A stretch of DNA of 64,000 nucleotides, from positions 6,448,001 to 6,512,000 of the forward strand of contig CM007989.1 of NCBI GenBank assembly GCA_002189035.1, written 5' to 3'. Within the stretch, counting starts at the first letter, position 1. Every line of letters starts with the position of its first letter. The stretch comes from Utricularia gibba. Lineage: Eukaryota > Plantae > Magnoliophyta. The notes beneath the pieces were generated by a model. It was not told the origin of the DNA and did no database searches. It saw nothing but the letters and a program-made list of their open reading frames with translations. This document shows positions 24,995 to 39,800 of this stretch, piece after piece. The position numbers and the translations under genes were made by a program.

Positions 24995-27900
24995 TTTAGT
25001 TTTCAATCTAATTTCCACATCCTCACTTTGTGTTTATTTTTTGCACGAAAATTCACATAAATACAGACTTTTTAAGAAAATGCATTTAATCCTATTTTAT
25101 ATTGAAAAATTTAAATATAATATATTACAATACAATTATATTACAATATTTATATTAAACAATAAATTAAAACATAACCAATTAAGTATATGTAAAAAAT
25201 CTGCAATAAAACATAGAATAGTTACATAAATAATATTATTTGAATTAAAATCTCAAAGTCTCAAAAACACATCCACGAAAATATATGAAATTAAAATTAA
25301 TTAACTATTGATCTTATCTTCAAATATTTATGAGTTAGGCTGTTTGAAAATAATTTTGATTTAACATGACCTTTGGTAATCAATTTTCTTATAGTATTGT
25401 GAACAAGATGAAATAAAGATACACCTGTGTACTCTCATAAATTAATAGATTAAATTATCTTTTGTATAATTTCGTAATGACCTTCACTTGATAATATTTT
25501 GAAACATAGGAATTTGCATTTTCATTCAATTCCTTTTACACCTAGAAAAAGAACAAAGTTAACAACCGTTATAATATTATAAGTAACATGATACATCAAA
25601 AGATAATTCTTACCTGAATCGCAAGCGAATATAGAATAGTTTTTTGCTGCCACTTTCCATAAGTACATGTCAAATTTACCAAACAAACAATATAGTAATG
25701 TTTATTTTTTCTAGAACTTTTACTTCGACACATGACGGTGACACTCATTTTCTCTATATTATATTTCTTGATCCTATATTTGTTGATTTGTCATCATATC
25801 CTAAAAACAAATAACAAATATGGAGTAAATAATTGACCATTTCCATGAGTAAATTCATCTTCGTTTTACTATTGGTGAAAATCTTAATACATCGCTCGAT
25901 AGTGGTCTCAACAAGAATAGGGATAATCTTTATATTCCACGTAAAACATTGTTTAATGATTTAGAGATATTTGTGGTATGAACACCATATCGCAAAAATG
26001 AGAATTATAAAATTAACAAAGTAATAATATGAATAAAATTATTACATTTTAAATTACCTTATGCCATTATCATACGATAATGTCTATCGCTTTAAATCGA
26101 TTTCATGAAGATACTCAAATGTTGCTACATTGTTATTTCTGATTTTTTGCATAACTGTCTGCAACTTTTTTGTTTTTGAACTCAAGTCAAATACTTGTGC
26201 TTTCACGATCAGTTACTAGACAAATACGATGTTCTTTCACGATATACTTAATCAAAAGGTTAATAAAATCAATAGTATGATTCATAACATTCTTCCTCAA
26301 CAATAGCAAATGCAAGTAGAATTATAATACGATCATCTTCAAGTGTACATACTACTAGAAAATAATATCTATATTTTACATATAGATGTATTCCATCAAT
26401 AGTAATAACCAATCAACAATATCTAAAAGCATGGACGCATGATCCAAAAGTCCAAAATACATGATGTAGCATTGGTTTGTCATCATAAGAATGAAGATTT
26501 CATATTCAAATATAGTATATATGATAAAACAAATATGTTAGTAAAAAAACATCAATATTTGTAAAATAATAAAAATAAATTAACTTTGTTGAATTCCTTA
26601 ATAGATAACAAATAAGAAGTAAGCTTTGTCGCCGATTACTTCCAAGTACCATACATATACATGATAGCACGTCTAACAGTAAATCCATCCAAACTTATAT
26701 GATATCTTGAAATGATAAACTTTATCAATATCATCAATGACATTAGAAACACATATCCCTAAATTTGCTTTAATCTTGCTCAGATGTGAAAATACACAAA
26801 TTTGCTAGTAATGCTTTCATTCCTAATAGTTCTAAAACTGTTAGAAAAGCAAGTATGAGACCCCTTGTATTGTGTCATAGTCCAAAATTGAGTGACACTA
26901 TTGTTCCATACCTTAACAATTCACATGGAGATATTGCATTTCAATTGATACAATTTATTTCATATTGCTTGTTGTTGTTCTTCTCAACATGAAAAAGTCT
27001 TTTTAGCTTCGTGAGATAGTAATAACTCAATGCTTACTTTATTAAAGTTTTATCTTTAAAAAAACCCCTTACATGGATCATCATTTGTCTTATCAAAGAA
27101 ATTCAAAATCTTCTCAAACTCAATTGCTATTGAAATTTTCATTGTCATATCATTTTCATAATATCTATTTTCTGTTTGTTTATCATCATCATTACATGAA
27201 GAAAGTGGAAATGGAATAACTGTTAGAATACATAATACCACTTCGGAAAATGAAAATGGAATAGTCTAGTATATAAGAAACTACAAATCATAAGTAATTG
27301 ATTGGGCCTAATCTTTTCTATTGTGATCCACGTTTCTTGTGTACTTGGGCTTCACATGCATGCTCGTCCGACCCATCGGAGCCTGAATTTCAACAATAAC
27401 TTCTTACATCATTTTCTATTCAGCTTGCTCAATAGCATCTTTCTCATATAAATTGTCTAAATATCATAATATGCCTTTAATTGATGTTTCTCCAACATTA
27501 ATTAGAAATTAAAAATACAATATATTATTAGCATACTTTAATCATATGAATTCAAAAAAAATCTTAAATGTAATTTAAAACTAATAATAATGAATTTTAT
27601 TTAGAAAAAAAATTTACATATTAGTGTTTTATTGAATGACCAAATTCATAAAACTTGTAATTACACTAATATACATATAAATACTTGAAACCATACAACT
27701 TTAATTAAAACTCAAAGACAAATTATCATCCGTTTGATCAAGAGTATAATAGTACTTCTGAAAACCCATAGTTGAATCCATAGCAACATAATTTACAATA
27801 ATGCTAATAGAATACTTAGTTGAAGATAATTGCATAACTTCATAAATCAAGGACAGTGGTATGGATATTGAGGTATCCTAAGCAACCCAAACAGAAAATC

Positions 27901-28316
27901 ATGATGATTAGTCATAACATGTACCATTGTTTCATAAAACAAGTTACTTCTCCAGTCTAATCGGATCTCAATTGAATAAGAAGTCATTGAAAATGCGACA
28001 AGAAAAAGAGGAGGAAAAATGATAATATGATAGATGTATTTCATAATATGCTTCATTTTTTAATTTTGAATTGAAAAAAACAAATTAATTTAATGTTACA
28101 CCAAAATTTTTCAAAATTTTAATATTAAAATCTGAATATTCAAAACACATGTATATTATTGCATTAAATAGATTGCTTATAATATAATATAAAAAAAATA
28201 TAATATCTTATTTATGTGAATTTTTTGTGCAAACAATTAAACATAAAATGGTGAGTGAATTTTAGTACAAAGAATAAACAATAAATGTTGATGTGAAAAT
28301 TAGATTTAATACTAAA
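24995..28316 (-). mobile_element. Decayed Mutator-like (MULE/MuDR) element with transposase pseudogene
   Basis: On the minus strand: QYKGSHTC (~26850); TFGSCVHAFRYC*LVITIDGIHLYVKY...LAFAIVEEE, the MULE DDE motif (26270-26460); and LTCTYGKWQQ, a SWIM remnant (~25650). These are bracketed by ~62-bp inverted repeats at 24995-25056 and 28255-28316. Confidence 0.8.
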
Positions 28317-28661
28317 GTACAAAGTTAGTCATAATTTAAAATTATCTCTCTGATACTTGGTGAGATAATGAATTTGACTTAAGGAGTGACAACAAAAGAT
28401 TGAATGATTAGATATCATATCATATTCAATCTAATATGTAATAATTAGATTTTTTGTTAATTTTAAAATTGTAAAGATTTAAAGATTTCAAATGTAGGAG
28501 AAGTGCATGGGAATTTGACTACTAAATTCATACTTTTATACAATACCTAATAATTTTAAAACAATATATTATATGATTGATATTTATTAGTATCAAATTA
28601 TCTAGTCCAAATACAATTCATACTAAAGTCCAAATTTAAATTTAAATCCATTATTGGTTTC

Positions 28662-29205
28662 TGATGGGTGTAAATCGAATTTGGTTAATCGATCTCTGAA
28701 AAGTAGTCAAAAGATGTTCTGACGGAATAGCGCAGGCCAACAAACCGATAACTGTCAGAGTTTATCAACGGCGGCCGTTTTGAATAGTTTGAAAAGTAGC
28801 CGAATTACAAAAATGGCGGAGTAGTCGGAGGTTATCTGAGAGCAGGACCACAGTACGTATAGCAGGCGCAGAAAGCAGTTGACACCTACAGAATTCAGAA
28901 TTCGGTCAAATCAACTTCTCTTATAAATATAAGAAACTCCAAAAAAAAGGATTAAACTCTAAGTACTCCAACCTGCATTCTCTCCCTTCCTCCGTCTAGT
29001 GAAAACCATTTTCCAGTCAGCTCTGATAGGTTCATGATTTTTCCGTTTTTCGACGGTTTTCACGTAAAAATTCTATTTTTTCTAGTTTCTTTTAATCACA
29101 TCACAACCCATACTACACTTGAATCTAAGTCGGGTGCGACGCGTTCGGCCGTACTCATAATCCGAAAATCGGCTCCTACCCTAATATCGATTTTCGATCA
29201 CAACA
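28662..29205 (+). mobile_element. Solo LTR, 544 bp (family B, copy 1)
   Basis: TGATGG...CACAACA termini, flanks GTTTC and ATTTC (4/5), and an internal TATA (cttataaatataag). It aligns with the reverse complement of 57728-58280. Confidence 0.75.
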
Positions 29206-29848
29206 ATTTCAAAATTTTCCATCAAATGTTGATAGCTTAGATTTATTTTGAGACATGAAAATTTTAAAACAAAATATTGTTAGTAAATTTTTATAATATA
29301 TAAAAACAAATATGATTTATAATTGGAGTCAAGTTTAAAATATTCAAATAAAATATCGAGGTCACATAACCAAGATTCGTAGCAAGTGTAAGTAACTATT
29401 ATAACAAAATTTTCGTTTGATAAAATTAAATATAAGAATACAAATATAGATATTCATGTTCATACACTCTATTTAACAATACTATTGGCCAGGTCACAAG
29501 TTAATATAATAATACGAGATAAACTATAAATTTTAAAATAATAAAAAAACATCCATCAAAATAAGGTTATCATTAACAGTTGCAAAACTTAAACTAAATG
29601 TCTAACCGATCCAATATAATATTGAAAATGGGTATTCATAATTTACGAATACCAATAACGACTTTGAGTTATGGAAATCACGGTGAACAGCGCAATCGTT
29701 AATAAACGATTAATCGCATTAAAAAGAAAAACAAAAAGAAAAGAAAAGAAAAGAAAAGATCGAGAATTGTTGTTATAGCGACCTTAGAAAGCCTAATTCT
29801 GTAGTAGCCCTACGGTGTGAAAGTATGTTGTGGGTCCCAGACACAGTT

Positions 29849-32800
29849 TCAAGGCAGTGACGCGAACTTAGACTCGTCCTCTGCGAAGGAACGCAGGAAG
29901 CTCAGAATCGAGGCCTTCAAGTCCTGGGGCCTTGCGGTGCTACTCTTCACCTCAAAGACGCCTTTCATTACGCGCGAGTAGAGCCTCTCCAGCTGCGAGA
30001 TAACGTAACCTTCAGTGCGTTTGATGAGCACCTTCTTTATGTCATCGATTCCGGCGGCGGTTGCATCATCTGATGGGGCCACAGCGTCGGCTGAGCAGCC
30101 AGCGTCACTTTCAGGCGACTGCTGTAGGGCATCGGCTCCCGTCTCGCAGTTCTGGGCTTCCTTCATCTCTACATCAGCTGGGGGAAGCATATCCAGATCA
30201 GCAGACTCCTCTCCATCTACAGAAAATAAGGTCCCGCGCAGCGACGAAGGTTGTTAGTAACACATTCAAAACAGCGTAGACGTAGCCAAATGGTTGTGTT
30301 TCAAGTCTCAGAAAGCAAAGCAAAGCAAACGGGTACCTGCTTGGGAGGCATCGGTTTGCTTCTTTTGCCTCTTGATGCCTTCGATGCCTTGGGATAAGTT
30401 AATGTCGGGTGGGGAATTACGTAGTCGGGCGCTGGATCTATTTGAAGACATCATTTGAAGAACAGGGCTTTGTGGCAATGTGGACATACCCATGTCATTG
30501 GGCAGTGACACAGGGCCGCCCTCCTCGGCAATCTTATCGCAATAAGCAATCAGGGTGGGGTCCATCTGGGAGAGCATGCCATGCACCTGAAGGATAAGAG
30601 TTGTCCCGGCAGTGAGGAAGTGGCATTCAGATGTACCGATAAAGAATAAATGAGGTGCAAGGAACATACTGCGTCTCGGAGTTCATGAGCTCTGCTGACT
30701 ATTCTTGATCCATTGTAATCGTCCCCGTTATACTTCTGAAAAAAAAAAGCAATCAAAATTAAATCATTCACTCACTGCATATGCCTACACTTGGATAGGA
30801 GCTAGCAGTTGCAGAATGTAGACGTCAATGTGCGCACTCACCCTCGATGGCCTAAAATATGTATACATGAAGCAGCTAATGAAGCATGCAAAACAAAAAC
30901 GCATTTACGAACCTTAGCATTACTTAGAATGAGGTCAAAATCTTCTAGGAATGATTTACATGTAATGTATTTTCCACTATCAACGCGCTGCAACAAAGTA
31001 GCCATGTCCATAGGATTCTGGATTATTGTGTGGTAGTTTGGTGCATCCTCATCCGTCACTGGAAAGTGGAATACGCTGAAACGCTTATCATATAAAATCC
31101 TGCAGCAACATGCATAAAAGAAGTCAAGCAATTACTGTCTTAAAAAGAAGATAAAAGTTTGAAGATATATATGAGTATAATAGCCACTTAAAAAGACAGT
31201 TGTGCCACAGAAAAACTATAAGAGGTGCAAAACTAAAGAAAAGCATGAAACAAAACTGTAGCATACCGATTGCAGACATCTCGAAGGCACATGCGCATTC
31301 GACGAAGAGAATGTCCCTGGGCTTCAGCTTTAGCTCTTAGTTCAGAGGCCTTTGGAGCTGCCGCAACTTTTGGGCTTTAGGAAGTTCAGGAAGGATCTGT
31401 GGCCTTGCCGAACCTTTAGCTAGAGATTCAGTCTGTACAGATAATGCAGCTTCTATAAGGTGATCAATATACAAGGATCTATCTTCAGGAGATGGAGAGC
31501 TGAAATGCAAGCTGCAGACAAAGGACATATGACATTATAAGACCAAATCGAACCAAAACAATCTCCTTTATGAAAGAATAGCGAATATCATTCATCTATG
31601 GGCACGATATTATGTAATTTCACAGCAAAGATGCATGGATCCATGCAAAGACATACACGTGGTAGTTGGAGAAAATTGAGTTTGGGCTATCACATATCTC
31701 ATCCAGTTGTTTAGTGGACGTTCCGAGTAGTAACACTGGCAAGTCAGATGGCAGTTCCTCCAACAAGGTTTGGAGCACTGCCCGGAGTTGATCATGGGCC
31801 TGCAAAAATGCAAGTGTCCTCATCCGATGATACTGAGCTATTATAAACCGAGTTAAAACAAAAATCCTCATGACTTATGAATATAGAAATATATATCAAC
31901 CAGTAATTAATAAAAGATTAACAAACATTTACTCACACTTTCCCACCAGAGGTGGAATCGAGGCAAATACAATATCGATGGAGTAGTTCTCCTTGCTTCA
32001 CCAAAGACGTGCACCAAGGCCTCTTCGGGAGTTTTGGCACCAGGATCAGAAAGTAATGATGGCAAAGCAAGAGAGTGAACAGGAAATTTTTCCAGCTCAT
32101 GTAAAATTGCAGGGGCAATATGATCCTACAAAAGTAATGTATAGTGAGTATGCTTAGTAATGAATGGCTGCCTTTATTGTTATACAGAATATGAAAAAAT
32201 ACATCACATACCAGTCCATCACCATCATCACCATGCAGCAAAAGCCTAGGCCGATAGACAAGAGAAATTGTTGATCCATAGGAGAGAAAGGAAACCCTTG
32301 AGACCTCTGATGATGCCGAAATGGCAGGAAATATATCAGAAAGTATACTCATAGCTTTCAGCAGATGTCTGTGAAGACATGGCCTGACAACTGGTGACAA
32401 TGGCCTAGAATTCACGATAGAGCCTCTGTGAGCAGCAGGAGTTATCGCTGCCATTGCCTCAATAAAATGATATTTTTCCACCATAACAGATTCGACATCA
32501 ATTACAAATTTGTCATCGCTGGTATAAACTTGAGGATACTTCTCACGAAAAGCACGTATGGCAGCTTCAGTACATAAAGCCTTCAAATCAGCCCCACAAT
32601 ATCCAACACAACTAGCTGCAAGCTCCAATTTCAGTTCCCTTGATGGTGGATGCTTCCATCTACGAGTATGTATGTCTAAAATTTCAGCGCGTGCTTCACA
32701 ACCAGGCAGAGGAAAATTGAATTCCCGATCAAATCTTCCAGGTCGCCTCAAGGCTCCATCAATGGCGTCCACTCTATTGGTTGCTCCTATCAAAACAACT

Positions 32801-34581
32801 TGTCCACGAGAATCTAAACCATCCATCAAAGCCAGCAGAGTAGATACTATGGAATTGTGAATTTGCTCCTGTTTGCTAGATCTCACGGGAGCAAGCCCGT
32901 CTATTTCATCAAAGAAGATAATAGCAGGCTGGTTCTTTTGGGCCTCTTCAAACAGCAACTTCAACTGTCTTTCGGCTTCACCAACCCATTTGCTGAGAAC
33001 ATCAGCACCCTTGCGCATATAAAAGCTAACCTTTTGGCCAGCCTTTGAAGCCGCACATGCCAACGCTCTAGCTATCAGTGTCTTCCCAGTGCCAGGAGGA
33101 CCACATAATAAGACTCCTCTGGGTGGAGTAATATTGTAACTGGCAAAGAAGTCCGGGTATAACAGTGGGAAAAAAACCATTTCCTTCAGCGCATCAATAT
33201 ACTCTGACAAACCACCTATATCATCAAAGCTTACAGTATCATCAATTTGAACAGGCTGAATGTCAGCTCCTCCCTTGGAACTAGGTCCAGCTGTTTGAAT
33301 ACCAGAATTCAGATTAGAAAGAATGTCATTTTGGTGTCCCCATCCAGAAGCAGCAGCATTCAATCCCCATGCAGTTGTCCCTTGGATGTCTAGTCCCCCA
33401 GAAGCCATGATGGCCCAGCCCTGCCACCACCTCGTCCCCATGGAATTGGAGGACCTTGATCAAGTTCATCAACTAGAAGAGAATCATCAGAATCCTCTGT
33501 ACGTGATACACGATGGCGTTTGTGTACACGTGATCCACCTCTTCTCCCCTCACGGCCTACTTTGGTTCCCATCCCCTGATGAAGCACTCTATGTGGAGAT
33601 CTCGACATTTGCTTTCCCTGTTCAATTGAGTGCCTTCGAACATCAGAACGATTACGGAGATCATATCTCCGTCTTCCTTCTTGCTCTTCTTCCTCTCCAT
33701 CTTCGTCCTCACCATCTTCCTCTCCCTCACCGTCTTCCTCTCCATCTTCACCATCTTCCTCTACATCGTCACCATCATCATCACCAGCAACCTCATCCTC
33801 ACCAGCAACCTCATCCTCATCAGCAACCTCATCTTCATCTTCTCTATCATCAGCTTCATTAGCCTCTATAACTTTCACAATTTCTGGCTGTTCATCTCCA
33901 GTTTTTTCATCTGATGTACTTTGAGCCTCATCAGACTCAGAACTTGACCTTTCTCCTGAACCTGCTGTAGAACGTCTAGGTCGAAGTCCTTCACGTCTAG
34001 GAGTCAGCTCATCTTGGCTTGCACTATTATTGATAAGCCTTCTTCTTGATCCTCGATACCTAGGAAGCTAGAGTTCCTCCATAGGCTTAGGATAAAGTAA
34101 GCTTTACAATAAGGAATAAGAATACGAAAATACACATTACGAAAAGCTTATCATGACGTGAATCATGCAGGCTTACCATCAAGTCGTTATCCTCTGTTCC
34201 AGAACTATCTGTGTACTGTTCAAGAGTTAAAGGAGCCCTTCTCTTCCGCGTGGAGCGCCTCAAATTAGGTACCACTGACTGCATTAAGTCAATAGTATTT
34301 TTAATTTTCAAAATTTTCAGAAAAAATGCACGAACAAGTATGTAAACAAATAAAATCAAATTCCATACACTTGCTTTTGATTTCCCCTTTCGCCGAAGCA
34401 TTTTGGCAATTCGAGCAGCATCACTTTTTCTTTTAGACTTTTTCCTTTTAGATGCAATGATCTTAGGGGAATAAAACGAATATGGACGATTATAATACTT
34501 TTGCCTACTCCTGAGCCGATCACTAGTACGAACTGGCCTTGAGTCAGCTCCATCTCCTTCAACGGTTTTTTTCATATTCAT
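29849..34581 (-). CDS. BRAT1: AAA+ ATPase with bromodomain (ATAD2/Yta7 family; At1g05910-like)
   Basis: PVRTSDRLR N-terminus, an acidic tract, Walker A GPPGTGKT, Walker B IIFFDE and an SRH motif, a second degenerate AAA domain, a bromodomain (FHFPVTDEDAPNYHTIIQNPMD) and the tail QLERLYSRVMKG. Two +1 corrections are needed (33395-33399, 31372-31374). Confidence 0.93.
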
Positions 34582-36098
34582 CTCTCACTGACTATTGCTT
34601 TGTCATCAGCTGTAAAGAAACATATGACAACCTGTTTGCTAATTTGAGCCCACAAAACACAATGCAAGACCGCATGTCATTCAATACTCTTCCAAGAAAT
34701 AAAAAAAGAAAGCATGTTGTAAAACAACACTCAATATTCAGGTTCATTCACACTCTCCCCCCGTGAGTAACTCCCCATAGCAGAGACGCATGGATCTATC
34801 CGATTTACCGCGTGTATCATAACCAGCAGGAAAATCAAAATCCTACTACCCAAACTAAAACCAAACCTATCACAATCGAGTTTCTTTAGAGAATCTAAGA
34901 ACTGATCTGAACTAAAGAGTTTGACGCCATCCACAACAATGCCAAATCGAATAAGAGCAAACAAATCACCAAAAGCGTCGAAATAAATGAAAAATATCAA
35001 ATCAAAAAGAATTATTTTCACAGTAAGACAGGGAAAACCCCATAATCATGCATATAACGCATTCAACATCAAGCAGGAAAGGAAAATGGAGATGCGAGAA
35101 AATAAATCGTCAAGCGTAATGTATAGCGAGAAATTTTCATCAAAACGGCTATCGAATGAAAGAAAGTTTCACCTTAGCTTGAATGATATCGCGTCGTGCT
35201 CCACGACGGCCCGACGTTCAAGCGACGACGGGAAGCATTTCGCCACGGCGGTCCGCCTCTTGATGAATCTTAACAGGATCATCACTATGGGCCTCTTCGC
35301 GGGCTTATGACATTAGCCCATTTTAAGTGGATAGCACGCGCTCAATTAGCCCAATATATGACCCTATGAAAAAATATGTGGAAAATCATTTTCAGAAAAT
35401 AGTACACTAAAATAATTTATAATATTTTTAGTAATTATCAAGGTTTTTATATTTTAATTTATTTTGTAAACAATAAATTTCAAAAAGAGAAGAAATTCCG
35501 AAATTCGTCACGTTTGTTTCAACATATAATATGGGGATCCGACATTTTGGACGTCACCCAACACATCCTATTATTGAAATCAAATTGGACTACTAGTGGA
35601 CAAATAATCTGGCACGATCGACCGAATTTACAATGCCCTAGGTGTCACATTAGTTTAGTGGGGACCCATTAAATCATAGATTTATAAGTAACTTATGTGA
35701 CACATCTTAAAAAAATGCATTAATTAAAAATCATTATTATAATTTACATCATTAGGAAAAAAAAATTAATATAAAAGTATCATTCACTTATTGATCTATA
35801 TTAATATTGCGTATTCGGTGGCATAAATACCCAAAGTTTTTAAATTTATTAATCCCCAATATTTAATGAAAATGGCATAATTAGTCCCCATTGACATACT
35901 TATACCGGACATATTTAGTTTCCAATCTTTTTTACTTTAATTATTTTTGAACCCACTGTATAAATACCATTTATAATGGGTTCTCAATATTTAAAAATCG
36001 CATTCGTTCTCCATTGTTTAATAATTTGGTTTATAGAAGCCTAATTCGCTCACTCACGTATTTATCAATAACCAGACCAAACATCACATTTAGTGTAA

Positions 36099-36458
36099 GG
36101 GTGCGTTTGGTTCGTGGGATAAGTTATATCAAGATAAAATTAAGTAGGATAGTGGGATAGGATTAGATGGAATTGTATTTTGATGTGTTTGGTTTGTATT
36201 ATAATAATTGGGATAAGATAATTGTTTATGTAGTTAAAATGAAAAAATGTTCTTATTTTTCTGAATTGAGTTTTTTATAAAAAAAAATAAAGGGAAGATT
36301 AAAAAATACCACTCAACAACCCCGGATTATTTTATCTTACTTTTGTGGGATAAGAAATCGGTACAATAGGGGATAACTAATTCCTTATTCGTAACCAAAT
36401 ACTGGATAACGATATACCATTTAATTATCCCACCTTATCCCACGAAACAAATGCATCC
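36099..36458. mobile_element. Tourist-like (PIF/Harbinger) MITE, 360 bp
   Basis: TIRs GGGTGCGTTTGGTTCGTGGGATAAG and CTTATCCCACGAAACAAATGCATCC match at 22/25. The flanks are TAA and GAA, against the canonical TAA TSD. Confidence 0.85.
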
Positions 36459-36549
36459 GAAGCTTATTTTATAGGTTCATGACTAAATCTCATCAAAATA
36501 ACTAGGGAGTAACCTTAAAAATTCTGAAAAATGTCAGCACTATAAGATA

Positions 36550-36880
36550 CAGACTTGCATATGAGGAAGGAAGTAACTTCTCTTAATTATTTTGTAGACA
36601 TTGATTTTGTAGTTGATATCACAGACTTCAAGTCAACACTTGAAACCTGCTTTTGATTAGAGATGTAACAATTGCTTGTATAGTTTAAAACAAGAAATTA
36701 TTGTTCCATCCTCTGCAGAAGCAAAATATGTGGTGGGTGCACCTACCTCAAATCATGCTATATGGCTACAGAAATTAGCAGAAGACATGGACTCACACAT
36801 CTGCCATGGTGGATAACAAATGAGTTATATTCATGATAAACATATCAATATCAAATGTCATCTATTGAGAGATTATGTGC
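36550..36880 (+). mobile_element. Ty1/Copia RNase H remnant
   Basis: Broken frames read KQEIIVPSSAEAKYVVG...NHAIWLQKLAED...VDN...KHINIKCHLLRDYV. This matches the Copia KKQ...SSAEAEY...IWL...KHI.IKYH motif series. Confidence 0.75.
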
Positions 36881-39800
36881 ACAAAAAAAAAAAAAAAACT
36901 CATCACATTAGAATACTTGACTTTAGAAGAGCAAATTGATTATGCATGATGTCACCCTCTAATTTAAGAGAAATAAACAATCTACAAACATGAGAGAAAA
37001 TACTTAAAAAATAACTCATTCAAGTTTACCTTCAAAAAAATAAAAATATAGCAACCAAATTATGAAAAAAAGAGAAAACTAGGAGACACACTATAGAATA
37101 AAAAGTAATTGGAAGTGATAATAATGGAACATTACAAGTTCAAAAGTTTGATAAGTCAAGAATATTCAAATATTAAAAAAAAAGAAAATTCTTCACAAAA
37201 TTTATGAAATAAATTAAAATTCTCTCAAATAGTATATATTTAGATTATTTAAATTTTAGAATTATGTCTTAATATCACTAAAACTAAACTAAATAAAAGA
37301 AATGATTATCAAGGCCAATAGTATACATAAAAAATGAAAACACATTTTGGACTTTTAGATAAATCCAATTTCAATTAATTGAACAACTTTGATCACAAGA
37401 TTTTACGTCCAACTTCTAACTCAGTATTGTTAAATAGATACTTAAATGTAGCTTTAATCTTTCTATTCGTACTTCTTGTAATTGGCTTAAGTGGAATGAT
37501 GTATGGATTTTTGCAACATTCTCATCATTTTTTAAATGTTCTTCATATCTTGTTGGGATTTATCAATGCACTTACCAAGCTACTATACCCAAGACAATTA
37601 TGTTATCTATGAAGAAAGATTGATTTAATGGAAGAACCACAAAATTCGCATCTATAAAAATACCAAAGTTATTGAATTAAAGGGAAGCGTTGAAATATGA
37701 CTCAATAGTCCTGATATTTCTGATAAAATTTATGTAAGAGGAAAAAAATAAATTGGAATCACTTGATGGAATTGCAATGGCTACCTACAACTATAGCTAA
37801 TGACTATAAAATGCAAAGGCCACAAAAATTGTTATATATATATATACTTATAAACAAATTGTTATGTATAAGCCTTTTTTTTTTTACCAAACTTTATTTT
37901 TTATTAGAAACTCATAAGTTCAATGAGTAAAATTACAATCAAAGGTTTCAAGAAGAAACCGACAAGGTCATATTGTTAATTTCTTATGAATAAATTTTTC
38001 CTACAAATTTAAAAATAAATTCATTTTTTTCAGATACATTTTTAGAAATACATTTATATGTATGTTTTGTGTAGATAATATTTAATTGTTTATTCAAATA
38101 TAGTAGAAATACAATATTTTTTTATCATTTTTTTACAAATATTATCCAATAATGAGTATTGATATAAAACATTATATTTGTATTTATTTAAAAAAGAAAT
38201 ATGATATTTGTGTACACACAAACATATATATAGATATATATAATTAATTTAATTTATGTTTATTCTTCAGATAAATCTTCAAACAGAATAATTTTTCAAA
38301 TTTTATGTTTTTCAAATGTTTAGTCTCCAAAATAATAAACAAAAAACACAATAAATCATTGTCGACGTCACCCATTGTTTGATGCGCATGCCTCGTGTGC
38401 CATGACAATTATGATCCGAAAGCGCGCACCTCCGAAGAGACACAGTGGGTATTTTTCAAAAAAACCCCCGAAGAAGAGATGCGCTCAAGGAGAAAGCAGA
38501 CAAGTACAAGGAGGTTCTGCAGTCCAAAAAGAGATGATGTCGTTGGACAAAAAGTAATAATTAATTCTATTTATATCACTATTTTGTACTCCATTGCAGT
38601 TATATGCCGTAATGTTTGATTCTTTAATCATTTTTATATTAAAAAATTATAAGAAAAAAATCTCAAATTTAAGTTTAACTCTAAAGTTTCAAGATTGCAA
38701 AAAAAGAAAATTCAAGTTTTCAAAATCTAAATAGTTTTCAAAATTTTTAAAAATTAAATCAGTTTACTATACCTTGAATCGATTCTGGTTTTGAACTTAA
38801 CAAAATTTCATATTAAAACTTTTTGCATTCATGTTTGAAGTTCGATGAATCGAATAATACCCCTGTTATGGTTATATCGAGTTTGCATCTCATGATGTTT
38901 GGAATTTAATGACGGTAAGATCATTAGAGAAGTAGGAATAGGAGTTATGAATATTGCATTTTGAGATACAAGTTAGACACTATATCATGTTTGGAGTTTG
39001 GATCCAAGGTCAAATTTGATTAGTTTTGATAACATGAGAAATTAAATATATAATTTCATAAGTTCAAAGATAAATTATTTACAAAAAAAACAAGTTAAGA
39101 AACATATGATGTAGTTCTAAAACTTGAAAGTTAAACTTTTAGTAATTTGGATTAGCGTCCACTCCACCCTTATATATTAAATGCGTCTTTTGTGGAGATC
39201 CATCCACGAAATCTGATATCATAAAACTCACCATCCATTTACATTTTTATTACGGATTACCATTTTTTATTCCATATAATCAATTTTCATAAAAATCTAA
39301 TTTTCTGCATTGTTAAGCTTTCTTTATATATTAGTATAAGAATCCCACTTTATTTTTACAAACAATTGTGATCCAATTGTTTGAAAATGACAGTGAAAAG
39401 TTATTTTTTTATATTATCTATTGTCATCTCTTTTCTTCTAGCTTGTACAGAATACTCCTTTATCATTTTTTTTCCTGCAATTTTATATCAAAAAATTGGT
39501 TGCAAGTGTCAAGAAAATGAAATAGACATACTGGATATGATTATATAATGTATTTTGAGAATATTAAAAATGTAATTATCCTTGAAATAAAACAGAGAGG
39601 GGTGTTGCCCATGGCGTGTACAACTGGCGCGAAATCACTGTCAATGACGATTGCAGTTGTTGCTTTTGTTCACAGGCGAATTAAAAATGTGCACTAAGCG
39701 TAGCTCGTAGGTGGGCTAAAGCGGATCAGCTTCCGGGAAGCCGAAGCGCACCCTCAAAGGCCGAAAACGTCTCCTTCTTTCCCAAAAACCCAGCTGAAGA

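Noticed and set aside
33323-33914. His/Pro/Leu-rich and Ile/Phe-rich alternative ORFs (179 aa and 94 aa)
   Set aside because: They are antisense or off-frame shadows of the GAT/GAG-rich acidic tract of BRAT1.
37380-37620. Minus-strand PITRSTNRKIK, resembling the gypsy GPITR motif
   Set aside because: A single short motif with no supporting termini or domains.
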